Positions 13,641-24,879 of a DNA stretch of 64,000 nt are shown here, piece after piece. Below the pieces are notes generated by a model. That model saw only the letters and a program-made list of their open reading frames with translations, ran no database searches and was not told the origin of the DNA. Positions within the stretch are counted from its first letter, which is position 1. Each line of letters begins with the position of its first letter. The translations under genes and the position numbers were made by a program. The stretch is taken from the NCBI RefSeq assembly GCF_006345805.1, contig NC_043002.1, positions 61,442,001 through 61,506,000 on the forward strand. The letters are read 5' to 3'. This DNA comes from Octopus sinensis. Its lineage: Eukaryota.

Positions 13641-13912
13641 TTACGTTTGCATGTGAGCAGGTATTGCCAAGCTTTTGGCAAAATTTGACGCAGATTCTTT
13701 GCTCAACTTTTTCTGTTATGGTCAATGCGACTATCACCCGTTGCACATGTTACTTCCAAGCACTGGTATAAATAGCGGAAGTGACCAAGACCATAAAAAC
13801 GTAGTGCACATGCACAGCAGAGTTCAACGTCACTCTATGCCAATCGGCTTCTTTCTGCTTGCTTTCGCTTTGTTACTATAGTAACAGTCCGAATACTTCT
13901 TCATCAGACCAG

Positions 13913-13978
<66 letters not shown>

Positions 13979-14168
13979 GTAAGACCCAACGATCTAGGTG
14001 TCGGAAGAAAGTTAGTTTCAGACAATGCCTAGTTAATGTAAAAAACAACTTTTAGGGACAATAGTGGTTTATTATTCTGAGGATTAGCCTGCGGTGTACA
14101 CCTCGCTTGTATATTTACCATTTCTGAGTTTCTGCTACCTATGAAAGATATGTAGCCCGGGACCTTAC

Positions 14169-14213
<45 letters not shown>

Positions 14214-14219
<6 letters not shown>

Positions 14220-14902
14220 CAATATAAGGAATGGCCATATAAGACATTCGACTCACTAGGAAGAGCAGCCAACCTCAAACCGCTAAATAGTTGTAATTCT
14301 GAAATTGTTGTCCTATATGGCCATTCCTTATATTGTTGAATGTATATTATATAGTCTTTGACTATTTTTTTTTCTTTCTCACTAGACCGCTGCTAGCGGA
14401 GAATTTTTTCTTGAATTTTTTGCTACCCTTATATTTATTAATTAATGATTTTTTGGATAATTTTGAAATTAAATCAGCAGTTTAAACTTGCTGCTGAGTT
14501 GACCGGGCGATCGCGGTAGAATTTTGAAAATTTAGAGCATATGTACTGAAGGCTTCTTTACCAAAGCCTCGTGGACATATACTCGTCCTAGGCTCTCTGC
14601 TGACGAGGCACGCCAGATGTAAATGAAATTAATTTAATCTAATTAATTCATTAGCCTAAGTTTGCCGAAGCTATGCATAGTCCAGAGATGAAAGGGGTAA
14701 AGGTTTTATTTCTCTTTCTATTTCAGAATTACAACTATTTAGCGGTTTGAGGTTGGCTGCTCTTTCTAGTGAGTCGAATGTTCTATATGGCCATTCCTTA
14801 TATTGTTGAATGTATATTATATAGTCTTTGACTATTTTTTCTTTCTCACTAGACCGCTGGTAGCGGAGAATTTTTTCTTGAATTTTTTGCTACCCTTATA
14901 TT

Positions 14903-14907
<5 letters not shown>
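14214..14907 (+). mobile_element. Non-autonomous Penelope/retrozyme-like element with direct and inverted repeats
   Basis: Direct repeats 14313-14440 and 14783-14907 (period about 470 bp); 92-bp inverted repeat 14214-14305 vs 14720-14811; internal hammerhead; (TA)n on both flanks. Confidence 0.65.
14594..14688 (+). ncRNA. Type I hammerhead ribozyme motif (A15.1->G variant)
   Basis: Stem I TCTCTG(14594-99)/CAGAGA(14683-88); core CTGACGA(14600-06); stem II GGCA(14607-10)/TGCC(14663-66); GAAG(14667-70); palindromic stem III CTATGCATAG; GTC cleavage triplet at 14680-82. Confidence 0.75.
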
Positions 14908-14957
<50 letters not shown>

Positions 14958-15619
14958 TTCGAAGATACGAAATTGAAAACAGAACTCAATATATGTATAC
15001 ATCAATTATTATATTTCATATGTACAAGGTTTTTCAGGTTAACTTTGAGGAATTTTATGCCTTCATTTTTCCGAAACAGCTTAATGCACTGCTGAAGAAT
15101 CAATTCGTTGGCGATCACAAAGAATAAGATTGTGTTTGAGAAAAATATATCTGACATAGACGACTGGAATACGGGTATCAATCAGCCGACACCATGACAT
15201 AATCAATACAGTTTGGACCCACTAATGAGGGGAAGAAACGACATGGATGTCATAAAACCAAGATTCCCTAAACTGCGATGGTGTTTTGTTGTGTTTCCAG
15301 TGAGAGTCGTGTCATCCTGTCACATGGCTTTAGGATATGTGAAGTTGATGGAGGTAGTTATCAGCGAATTTCTAGGACTTCACTTGCTTCAGTTACCGGT
15401 CCCCTTAGTCTCCCAAATGCAGAGGAGTATTATGAGCGGGGTCTGGTTAGGAAACGCGCCAGCCACTTTGCCTCCAGCACCAACGCCGTAATTTTGGCTA
15501 AGATTAAGTAGCTTGAGTAATGTATCATAAGAACGATTTATCACAAAGTAATACTGTCTAACTATATATGGAATATTCTCCCCTTATTGAAAGCCGACAT
15601 ATAAAAATATTCAGACATA

Positions 15620-15968
15620 TCGTCGTCATCGTGGGACCGTCGGTTACGACGATGAGTGTTCCAGTTGATCTGATCAACGGAGCAGCCTGCTCGTGAAATT
15701 AACGTGTACTCTTAACGTAGTTTTAGGGGAGATTCAGCGTGACAGTGTGACTGGCCCTTTGAAATACAGGTACAACAGAAATAAGAAGAACGAGTGGGAG
15801 GAAGTTGTGTTGAAAGAATAGAGCAGGGTTCGCCACCTCCCTCTGCCGGAGTCTCGTGGAGTTTTATTAATTTTCGCTCAATAAAAACTTACAAAGCCCA
15901 GTCTGGGAATCAAAACCACGATTGTACGACCGCGAGTCCGCTCTCCTAATCATTGGGCCATTGCGCCT
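15620..15968 (-). mobile_element. tRNA-derived SINE (family B)
   Basis: Minus-strand head AGGCGCAATGGCCCAATGATTAGGAGAGCGGACTCGCGGTCG...GATTCCCAGACTGGGC; body homologous to 8343-8720. Confidence 0.75.
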
Positions 15969-16044
15969 CTACTTTTCACGCACATATATACATTTTAAAA
16001 AACCGTTAAGTCGTGTGCGTATATAAACATATAAACAGAAGTAT

Positions 16045-16482
16045 ATACATTCTTCTATTCTTTTACTTGTTTCAGTCATTTGACTGCGTCTCCGCTGGAG
16101 CACCGCCTTTAGTCGAGCAAATCAACCCCAGGACTTATTCTTTGTAAGTCTAATACTTATTCCATCACCCTCTTGTGCCGAAACATTAAGTTACAGGAAC
16201 GTAAACACACCAGCATGGGTTGTCAAGCTAAGTTGGGGGAGAAACAGACACAGAGACACACACACACACACACACACACATACACACACACACAACACAT
16301 ACACACACATACACACACACACACACACACGCAATATATGACGGGATTCAGTTTCCGTCTACCAAATCCACTCACGAAGCTATAGTAGAAGACACTTGAT
16401 CAAGATGCCACGCAGTGGGACTGAACCCAGAAACATGTAGATAGTAAGCAAGTTCCTTAACACACAACTACTCCTGCGCCTA
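16045..16482 (-). mobile_element. Composite tRNA-derived SINE with central (CA)n and LINE-like tail
   Basis: tRNA-like head (GGCGCAGGAGTAGTTGTGTG...GGTTCAGTCCCACTGCG), internal microsatellite, and tail GGCGGTGCTCCAGC...GTCAAATGACTGAAACAAG. Confidence 0.75.
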
Positions 16483-17686
16483 TGTATATAAGTTTGTGCG
16501 AATGAACCTTAACACCTCGTGGTATATGCATATATTTATACAATATGCTGTTTTACGAAATGCACGTTTCCTTTCCGATGGGCATCCTTTTGAATGATCC
16601 AATGAATATAAATTACATGGAAAATGCCGGAGCAGGATGATGACAAATATAATGTAACAGGACCGAATAGTACAACCATGCATATAATTTAAACAGGTAG
16701 GAATGCATTTTTCAAAGAATCATGTTAGCTACATATTTATACACACACGAATACAATTGGATTCATTGAGGCAATTACTTTTCATAGACACGCACAGAGG
16801 CTCTCCGACTCATATATCGGCTTATTAAAAATATTCCATCCTGTCAGCAAAACTTTGCTTCACTAACCGTAACTAAAATATGGCAGAAAGTGTGTCCCTA
16901 TCACAACAGTGATAAGTCGTCAAAGAAATAACAATTCCAGGTGGTTCAAAAGTGATCTGCCTGAAAATCTCTCTGAACTTTCATGGTTGACGCCATTGTA
17001 TACGTGATCGAGTATACAGCATACCAACCCCGCAGGAATGTGTAGAAGGATAGCCTATCATTCAAATATTGGTAGAATTTAACGTTTCTTTATAAACATG
17101 TAAATTGCTACATGTTCGACAGCTACATTTCGCTGCAGTTGAAACGGACATTTTCAGGTGAGTGAAGTAATTGAAATAGGTTCGGTTTTATCAATGTAAC
17201 TTTCGATCACTTTCCACTGCTTCTCCCCTTCATCAGAAGAAATACATCATTTAGAAAAGATACCTAATCAGATTCATTTATATGATAATGACTATTCTCT
17301 TTACTTAAATAATTTCTCCTTTCATTCTGTAGATCCCAAATCAAAGATATATATGTTGGTTACTAAATATGTTATTGCTAAGACTCAAAGAAGTAGAAAC
17401 AGCCATTTACGCATATAAATGGTTTATAGGTATATATAAATTGTAAGGATTTCAGAGGAATATACATCAATAAAAGTCAGTGATATTCATGCATAAGGAA
17501 TATATGACACACTCCATTCCATCAAACTTACCATGGAAAAGAATTGGCAATGTTAGAAGACAATCAATGAAATACAATTTCACATAGCATATACATATAC
17601 AAACATTTATAAATATATACGTAGATGTAATATACATAATATACATAAATCACACACACTTACTTTCATACGGATAAGTGCGTGTG

Positions 17687-17721
<35 letters not shown>

Positions 17722-17894
17722 TAGAACATGAAATTCGAGCATAAACCGATTTTCACGATTATATTTTCAAATTTCAGTTGTGGAATCGCAAACGTCCATC
17801 CCTAAAGAAATCTGATTGGCTTATATTTTGAGTTGTACTTAATTTCACAAACTCTATACAGTATATAACCATGCAGACATAATGGGTACATACA

Positions 17895-18111
17895 TACATA
17901 CCTCAGTATGTATGTATCATGAATGTATGTATGTATGTATGTATGTATGTATGTATGTATGTATGTATGTATGTATGTATGTATGTATGTTTGTATGTAT
18001 GTTTGTATGCATGTATATATGTATGTATATCCATATATATACATTATATATACACACATATATACCTACACAAACATGCCTTTACACACATATATATATA
18101 TACGTATATTC

Positions 18112-18172
<61 letters not shown>

Positions 18173-18200
18173 TGTGTGTGTGTCTGTGTGTGTCTGTGCG
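17895..18200. repeat. Compound (ATGT)n/(TA)n/(GT)n microsatellite
   Basis: Read directly; source of the spurious MYVC/YIYI/VCVC ORFs. Confidence 0.95.
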
Positions 18201-18836
18201 TGCATATAGCTCATGTATAAGTAATATTTTCACTCTTTCTAGCAGGTCGAGCTTAGATTCGTACCATATGAAAACTTAGCCAATATGATGCTCTCAGACC
18301 TTCATGAAATAGCATTTAATTCTTACGTATGTATATAGCAATATTTGTGTGAACGTTTTTCATAATGAAAAATATAAACAGAATGCTGTTGAAGTTTTCC
18401 TATGCAGAGTCAAAACGAAAACAAAATCTTGCCGAACTTGAAATAGATTATTTTGGTATTCATTTTGTGTATTGGTATCACCTGTGTTTAATGCTGTTTA
18501 GCTTACATGCACCTCCATTCGCGCCACAAATGACTCGATGGAGAAAATTTTTGTTGAAGTGGAATACAGATGTTTCAAATAATACTTTAGCATATAAAAC
18601 GTCCTCCCTATCTATTTACGAATGATGGTTGATTTCACATTGATATCTGTGTCATTCAGCTTGGATATAACTCGGTGTCACAAGAGGTTATTGGCGAAGG
18701 AAATGCATGCACATGAAGGCCCTGGAAGAGAGAGAAAGAGAGACTCACAGAATTCTTTCAATTATAAGCATATAGTAACATAAATGTATAGTTATTGAAT
18801 ATATTGACTCTCTCTTCAGCTGAGTACTCGAAAAAG

Positions 18837-18917
<81 letters not shown>

Positions 18918-19059
18918 ATGTGATCAGGGTTAGCCATCCCTTGTAGAGATTCCGTATATCAAAAAATCAGCGTCTATGTTATTAGAGTAATAATAATAAA
19001 TTGTCTTAAAATCTTTGGATTCTCTGAGCACTTGTGCATGCTTATTTCTGACGAGGTCG

Positions 19060-19395
19060 CCTTTACCTTTCATCCTTTCAGGTCGATAAATTAAGCACCT
19101 GATGCGTACTGTGGTCGATATAATCGACTGGCAGCCTCTCCAAATATTTCACGCCTTGTGCCTAGAGTAGAAAAGAAAATTTAGTTTAGGACGGCGCACT
19201 GGAAGAAACGTTAGCACTCCAGGAGAAAGGCTTGGCGGCATTTCGTCAGTCTTTACGTTCTGACTTCAAAATTCCGCCGAGATTGACTTTGCCTTTCACA
19301 CTTTCGGGGTCGTTAAATTTAGTACCAGTTGTGTAATGGAGACGATTTAATTGACTGCCTCCTCCCCCCAAATTTCAGGCCTTCAGCCTAGAGTA
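19060..19395 (+). mobile_element. Two tandem family A SINEs
   Basis: Repeated ACTTTGCCTTTCA.CCTTTCGGGGTCG.TAAATT.AGTACCAG cores at about 19070 and 19290. Confidence 0.7.
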
Positions 19396-19527
19396 AAAAT
19401 GAATTATGCGTGCATATATCAGGAAAATATCCTTCAATACTATCACTGAAAAATTGTAGGAATTCAGTGCACACACACACACACACCTTCTCTCTCATCT
19501 ACTGCCACACAGACTCCCACTTTACAC

Positions 19528-19583
<56 letters not shown>

Positions 19584-19611
19584 ATTGTCTCTAAATTATA
19601 TGTTAAGTTTT

Positions 19612-19690
19612 GGCGTACTCTCTGATGAGGACTTCGCCTAGCAAATCATTTTATTTGCTAATAAAGTTCGAAACTCAGGTCTGGCTGTAA
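19612..19690 (+). ncRNA. Decayed type I hammerhead ribozyme motif
   Basis: CTGATGA(19622-28); stem II GGACT/AGTTC with internal TAGCAAAT/ATTTGCTA; GAAAC-TCAG-GTC(19670-81); stem I poorly paired. Downstream GGTAAAGGTTTTATTT is shared with the 14594 element. Confidence 0.55.
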
Positions 19691-19823
19691 AACCATGGTA
19701 AAGGTTTTTATTTTTCATTTACTTCGAAATTGCTTTTAACTGCGGATTTGACGATTTCATTGCTCCTTCTAGTTTGTAAGGCGGCCTGTTAAGGGTCACC
19801 TCTTTTTGTGTTTAAATGTACAC

Positions 19824-19864
<41 letters not shown>

Positions 19865-20039
19865 AATATGAAAAATCAACGAAAAGGCACATTGGAAGTA
19901 AAAAGAGGCTATTTATGACAGGTAACGACAAATATATACATGTAGATTTACTGAGGTAGTAATACGAGTCATAAAAGTCATTATTATGAGATGATTATAA
20001 GATGATAATAAAGTAAGAGAACAAAACAGACCATGGTTT

Positions 20040-20520
20040 ACGCAAACTATTCATCGTTTCAACAACACCGGCTAATACACGGTGTTAGGTCTAATAGTTC
20101 CTGAGAAAAAAAGATTATTTGTAAGGGAGGTAAGTAGTTCTGGATTATTTGTAAAGGAAGTAAGTAGTTCTGAATTTAGAGATGTGAGTAGTGTAGGAAG
20201 TGTATAAGGGTTAGTGGTTTCAATTGAAGAGTTAGTGGTGTTCTGTATTGAGTTGTGTGTTCATATTTAGTTGGGGGAGAATTTTATTGATGAAAAATGC
20301 CTCTTTGTTGCATTGAGGTGTTGTGTGAACATTGGTAAAAGGGAAATATTTGGAAATTGGGATTAAGATTCCTGGCACACTTTTCTATGCGTTCACTCAC
20401 CTTTAACTGTCTGTATTGTGGGTGACGGATGGGCTCTTTGTGAATGGTGATTCTTTGACGGAGCGAAATTCCTGTTTGTCCAATATAAACTTTACCACAT
20501 ATTTTATATTTTCTTTTTCT
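20040..20520 (-). mobile_element. Penelope-like element 3' fragment (GIY-YIG endonuclease)
   Basis: CGKVYIGQTGISLRQRITIHK...IEKCARNLNPNFQIFPFY: YIG motif plus the catalytic Arg. Confidence 0.75.
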
Positions 20521-20561
<41 letters not shown>

Positions 20562-20578
20562 ATATTGATATATTGATA

Positions 20579-20609
<31 letters not shown>

Positions 20610-20669
20610 TCACACGCACATATATAAACACAAATAAACATACGCATAGAGATTCAAACTCTCTCTTTC

Positions 20670-20709
<40 letters not shown>

Positions 20710-21668
20710 AACATATAAAGATAGGCTGTTGTGTTTTATACACACGATTAGAAGAATACGGAAAGGTAATGGAGGTGAAAATGCAGTTTAAATAATAATT
20801 TCAAAAATATTTTCTCAAAGTACATATGAAATTACATTTCGTCATAAATATGTATGTGTATATATATATATATGTGTGTGGGGGGGCTGTTAATATGCGT
20901 GTATGTGTTTGTGTGTTTGTGTGGTGTATATGTGTGTGACGTATGTGCGCTTGTACACATTTATAACTGCCTCAGGGCACAATCTATGTTGAACGTAATA
21001 TTACTGAACAAATTTTGCGTTCAGATTTAAAATTCATTCCGATTGTATCAAAGTATACGTTATTCATGATACGTTCCTTTGGTTCACATCAAGACGAACC
21101 TCCATTCTCTACTGTAAAATGTTATACAGGTGCTAAATCGCCATATATTTACAGGCCAACGATGCTACTTTAATATAACGCACAGCTGTAACAGAAAAGT
21201 TGTTCTGGTTATTACATACCGTTGTTATACTAATATTTCGTGTTATATACAAACGTGTTGACGCAAATATACCATATCCTAATCATGCCACATCAATCTT
21301 CTTAATATTAGTTTTTATATTTTCCTTGTTACAAAAGCAGAGAGCTTGTAGAATGGTTAGCACACACGGCTAAATATCGAGCGTCATTTGGTCCCTCTTT
21401 ACGTAACGAGTTTAAATTCCGCCGCGGTTAGCATTGTCTTTTATACTGTGTGTAGGTGTGTGTGCGTGTAATTATTCTTCGATACGAGGAAAGCCTACAA
21501 CCTTCGATGACAGAAAATTTCTATTGTTCCTGAACGTATATTTTATACCTACTACGGACTGCTCGAAGATTACAAACTTCCTACACTTAGATACTTGTAT
21601 TTTCATAATTACCCACACACACACACACACCTACACTCACACGTAGCTTTTATGCACGTATATATATA

Positions 21669-21710
<42 letters not shown>

Positions 21711-23249
21711 TATTATATATATATATATATATATATTACGGAGATGAACTTGCTTAGCAAGCGACTTGATCTGAGATTGTGTGCTGGAACGAAAACAATT
21801 GCAGCGTGGAAGATGTTTATAAGCCATTTAAAACACACAAAATCGTTAGATTCACTGCAACATTTAAAATTAATTTGCCAAAATATTTTCGTCGCTTTGA
21901 GATCGCGACCTGTTCACTGACAAAATTCAAGTGGTTACAAAGTATGCTTCGTAACCTCACTGCCATTTATATCATTAACTAAAACACATTTATCAAAACT
22001 GTTAAATGCTACATTTTCATACTTGCATTTCCTGCTAAATAAAGTGATATTTTATTCAAATACGATAAAAGATACTCGAAACTTTTATACTTTATAGGTT
22101 ATCGTCAATTTTATAAAGAACCAAATTGGTCTCATCTACAGTGGAAAAGAAAAAAAGAAACATTGAGGGAAACAACCAGAGATTTCATTACAGCAGATCC
22201 GTTTCAAGAAGAAGAAACTTCATGTGAAAGATAAAATTTGGAACGGTTATTGGGAGTTGGCTGCAGATTTACCTGGGTGCCAAGGACGCTTTTCCCATCT
22301 CAGTTACGAAGAAAAAACGGGCATTATAATGAGATGTAAAAAAAACAGAAAGTGGTGAATTTAGTCAAATTAACGGTTTGTCATGAAGATAACATGGACG
22401 CCGCTCGGGCTCGAAATATTGACTGTTACGTAAACCTCCTCAAGGAATGTAAAGACGCTGGAATGCAGAACCGTTTCCAATTGAGGTCGGACGTAGAGGA
22501 TTCGTTGGACACAGTGTGAGGCAACTGTTGTTTTCGTTAGCATTAACTCATTGTAAAGTAAACACCAACATGAATGATATCCAAACTACAATGGAAAATG
22601 CTAGCTTCTGGATTTGGTTAAAAACAGACGATGAGCGATGGCTAGAAGAATATTGAGCTTTATTTGATAGCCAGTTGATCTAGCAAGCAGGGCTTCATAT
22701 CAGTGAGGAGGGGGGATGTGTAGAGATGCCGTGGAGAGGTAAGCTCCGAAACGGCACACATTCTCTCTTGATGACCCTATACACTTGCTGGCTTCCAGTA
22801 TGCAGAGCTTTTGGCTGGTAGCACTTGCATGTGCAAGTTGTTTCCAGAGCATCTAGACATATTACTAAATGTTTATATATATATATGCGTTTGTGTGTGT
22901 AGATTATTTGAAGTGATGTACATATTTTATATATTAAGAAAAAAAGTAGTCAGAATTTTGGATAATTGTTTATTCGCGCTTTTGGTTTCATTTATGGAGA
23001 CACATCTCCATGTATGAGAGGAAAGTGATAATAAAGAATTATCCAAAATTCTGACTGCCTCTGTTTTATATATTTGCTAGAGGATGGTAGGGGTCCACTC
23101 CCTTGCTTTCTATGTATACAGGGTGTAGGTTGCATCAGTAACAAGCTGGTGGGTTGGCGATCAGCCTGTGTTAAAGCGGTTGTAATGTCAAACAGCTATA
23201 TTAATATTGCGATAAATATTACTTCTCAGTATGGCTGCTAAATTTATCT

Positions 23250-23530
23250 GTCTTCTTCTTCGTTTTCTTCTTCTTCTTCTTCTTCTTCTTCGTTTTCTTC
23301 TTCTTCGTTTTCTTCTTCTTCTTCTTCTTCTTCTTCTCTTCTCATTCTTCTCATTCTTCTCATTCATACTCTTCTTCCCCTTTCTCTTCTTTTTTTCTTC
23401 TTTTCATTCTTCCTCTTCTTCTCATTCGTTCTCTTTTTCTTCTACTTCTCCTTTCTCTTGTTAATGTTGTTGTTGTTGTCGTCGTTCTTCTTCTTCTTCT
23501 TCTACTTCTTCTTCTTTCCTCTTCTTCTTC
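23250..23530. repeat. (TTC)n-rich polypyrimidine tract
   Basis: Read directly. Confidence 0.95.
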
Positions 23531-23919
23531 TATCTTCATTTGATTTGGTATTACAATTGTCTACGTCCTGCCTTCTTTTACAACATTTTTTCTTATTTTA
23601 CACATGTTTCCCTCAGATACAACCGATATACAACGCTTAACAATTGCACAATGTGAGACCGCATCTTTTGAAGCAAATCAGATGAAGTGCCACTTAAGGT
23701 TTTAAAAGCCGCACATTTTACGCAAATTTTCAAGTGGAACATTTTCGTGCCATGGCGTTGAAAACTGAATAGTAGCGAGATAATTTTAACTGGTCGTTAA
23801 AGATGACGACGACGCGACGGTGACGAAGATGAGGACGACGACGATGATGATGATGATAATAATTCCCTAATGACGTGTGCGTGTTTTGCCTTAAAAAATG
23901 ACAAGGAAATAGATAAAAC

Positions 23920-24019
23920 NNNNNNNNNNNNNNNNNNNNNNNNNNNNNNNNNNNNNNNNNNNNNNNNNNNNNNNNNNNNNNNNNNNNNNNNNNNNNNNNN
24001 NNNNNNNNNNNNNNNNNNN
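23920..24019. other. Scaffold gap of 100 N
   Basis: Exactly 100 N, a typical placeholder for a gap of unknown size. Confidence 0.98.
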
Positions 24020-24230
24020 AACGTTAGCATGTGGGCGAAATGCGTAGCCGTATTTCGCCTGCCATTACGTTCTGTGTTCAAATTCTGCCAAGGTCGACTT
24101 TGCCTTTCATCCTTTCGGAGTCGATAAATTAAGTACCAATTTCGTACTGGGGTCGATACAATCGACTTAATCCGTTTGCCTGTCTTTGTTTGTCCCCACT
24201 GTGTTTGGCCCCTTGTGGGTAGTAAAGAAA
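24020..24230 (+). mobile_element. Family A SINE truncated by the gap
   Basis: ACGTTAGCA...GTTCAAATTCTGCCAAGGTCGACTTTGCCTTTCATCC...GTCGATAAATTAAGTACC. Confidence 0.75.
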
Positions 24231-24319
24231 TATTATATATATTTATATCTATATATGTGTGTATGTATCTATACACACACGCATATATATATATATCTAT
24301 TTATCTATATATATATATA

Positions 24320-24407
<88 letters not shown>

Positions 24408-24409
24408 AC

Positions 24410-24735
24410 TTAGAATAACTTAGAAAGGTTTTGGCCAGTATTGGCCCAGGCCATGTCTAACTTAATAGCACCACCTGGTGAAGTCTTTCAATTCAGGATT
24501 TGGGCACCAAGGCCCATTCGAGCAGAGAGTTATTGTTTGCGAGACATATCCGGGTGTGGGTGTTTGTCCGGGACTGTTTGAAGGAATTTGTCCAAAGACT
24601 TCTTGAATTTTTGTGTGGGTCAGTTTCTGTTTTGACTTGTCCTGGTGTAATGTTGAAGAGAGCGGTCTAATTGAGTTGAAATAATTGTGCCGTATTGTCA
24701 TTATGTGATGCAATTTGGATTTTTGTTGTGGACGT
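24410..24735 (-). mobile_element. CR1-like LINE 3' fragment (second subfamily)
   Basis: Minus-strand FKKSLDKFLQTVPDK, the typical CR1 ORF2 C-terminus, then GGTGGTGCT..CATGGCC and a (TTCTAAG)n-like tail. Confidence 0.6.
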
Positions 24736-24765
24736 ATATATATATTATATATATATATATATATA

Positions 24766-24803
<38 letters not shown>

Positions 24804-24879
24804 TATATATATATATATTATATATATATACATATATATATATACATATGCAAATACATATATATATATATATGATTTC

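Noticed and set aside
17195-17245. CTGATGA...GAAA on the minus strand resembling a hammerhead
   Set aside because: Stem II lacks the closing G-C pair and stems I and III cannot be built.
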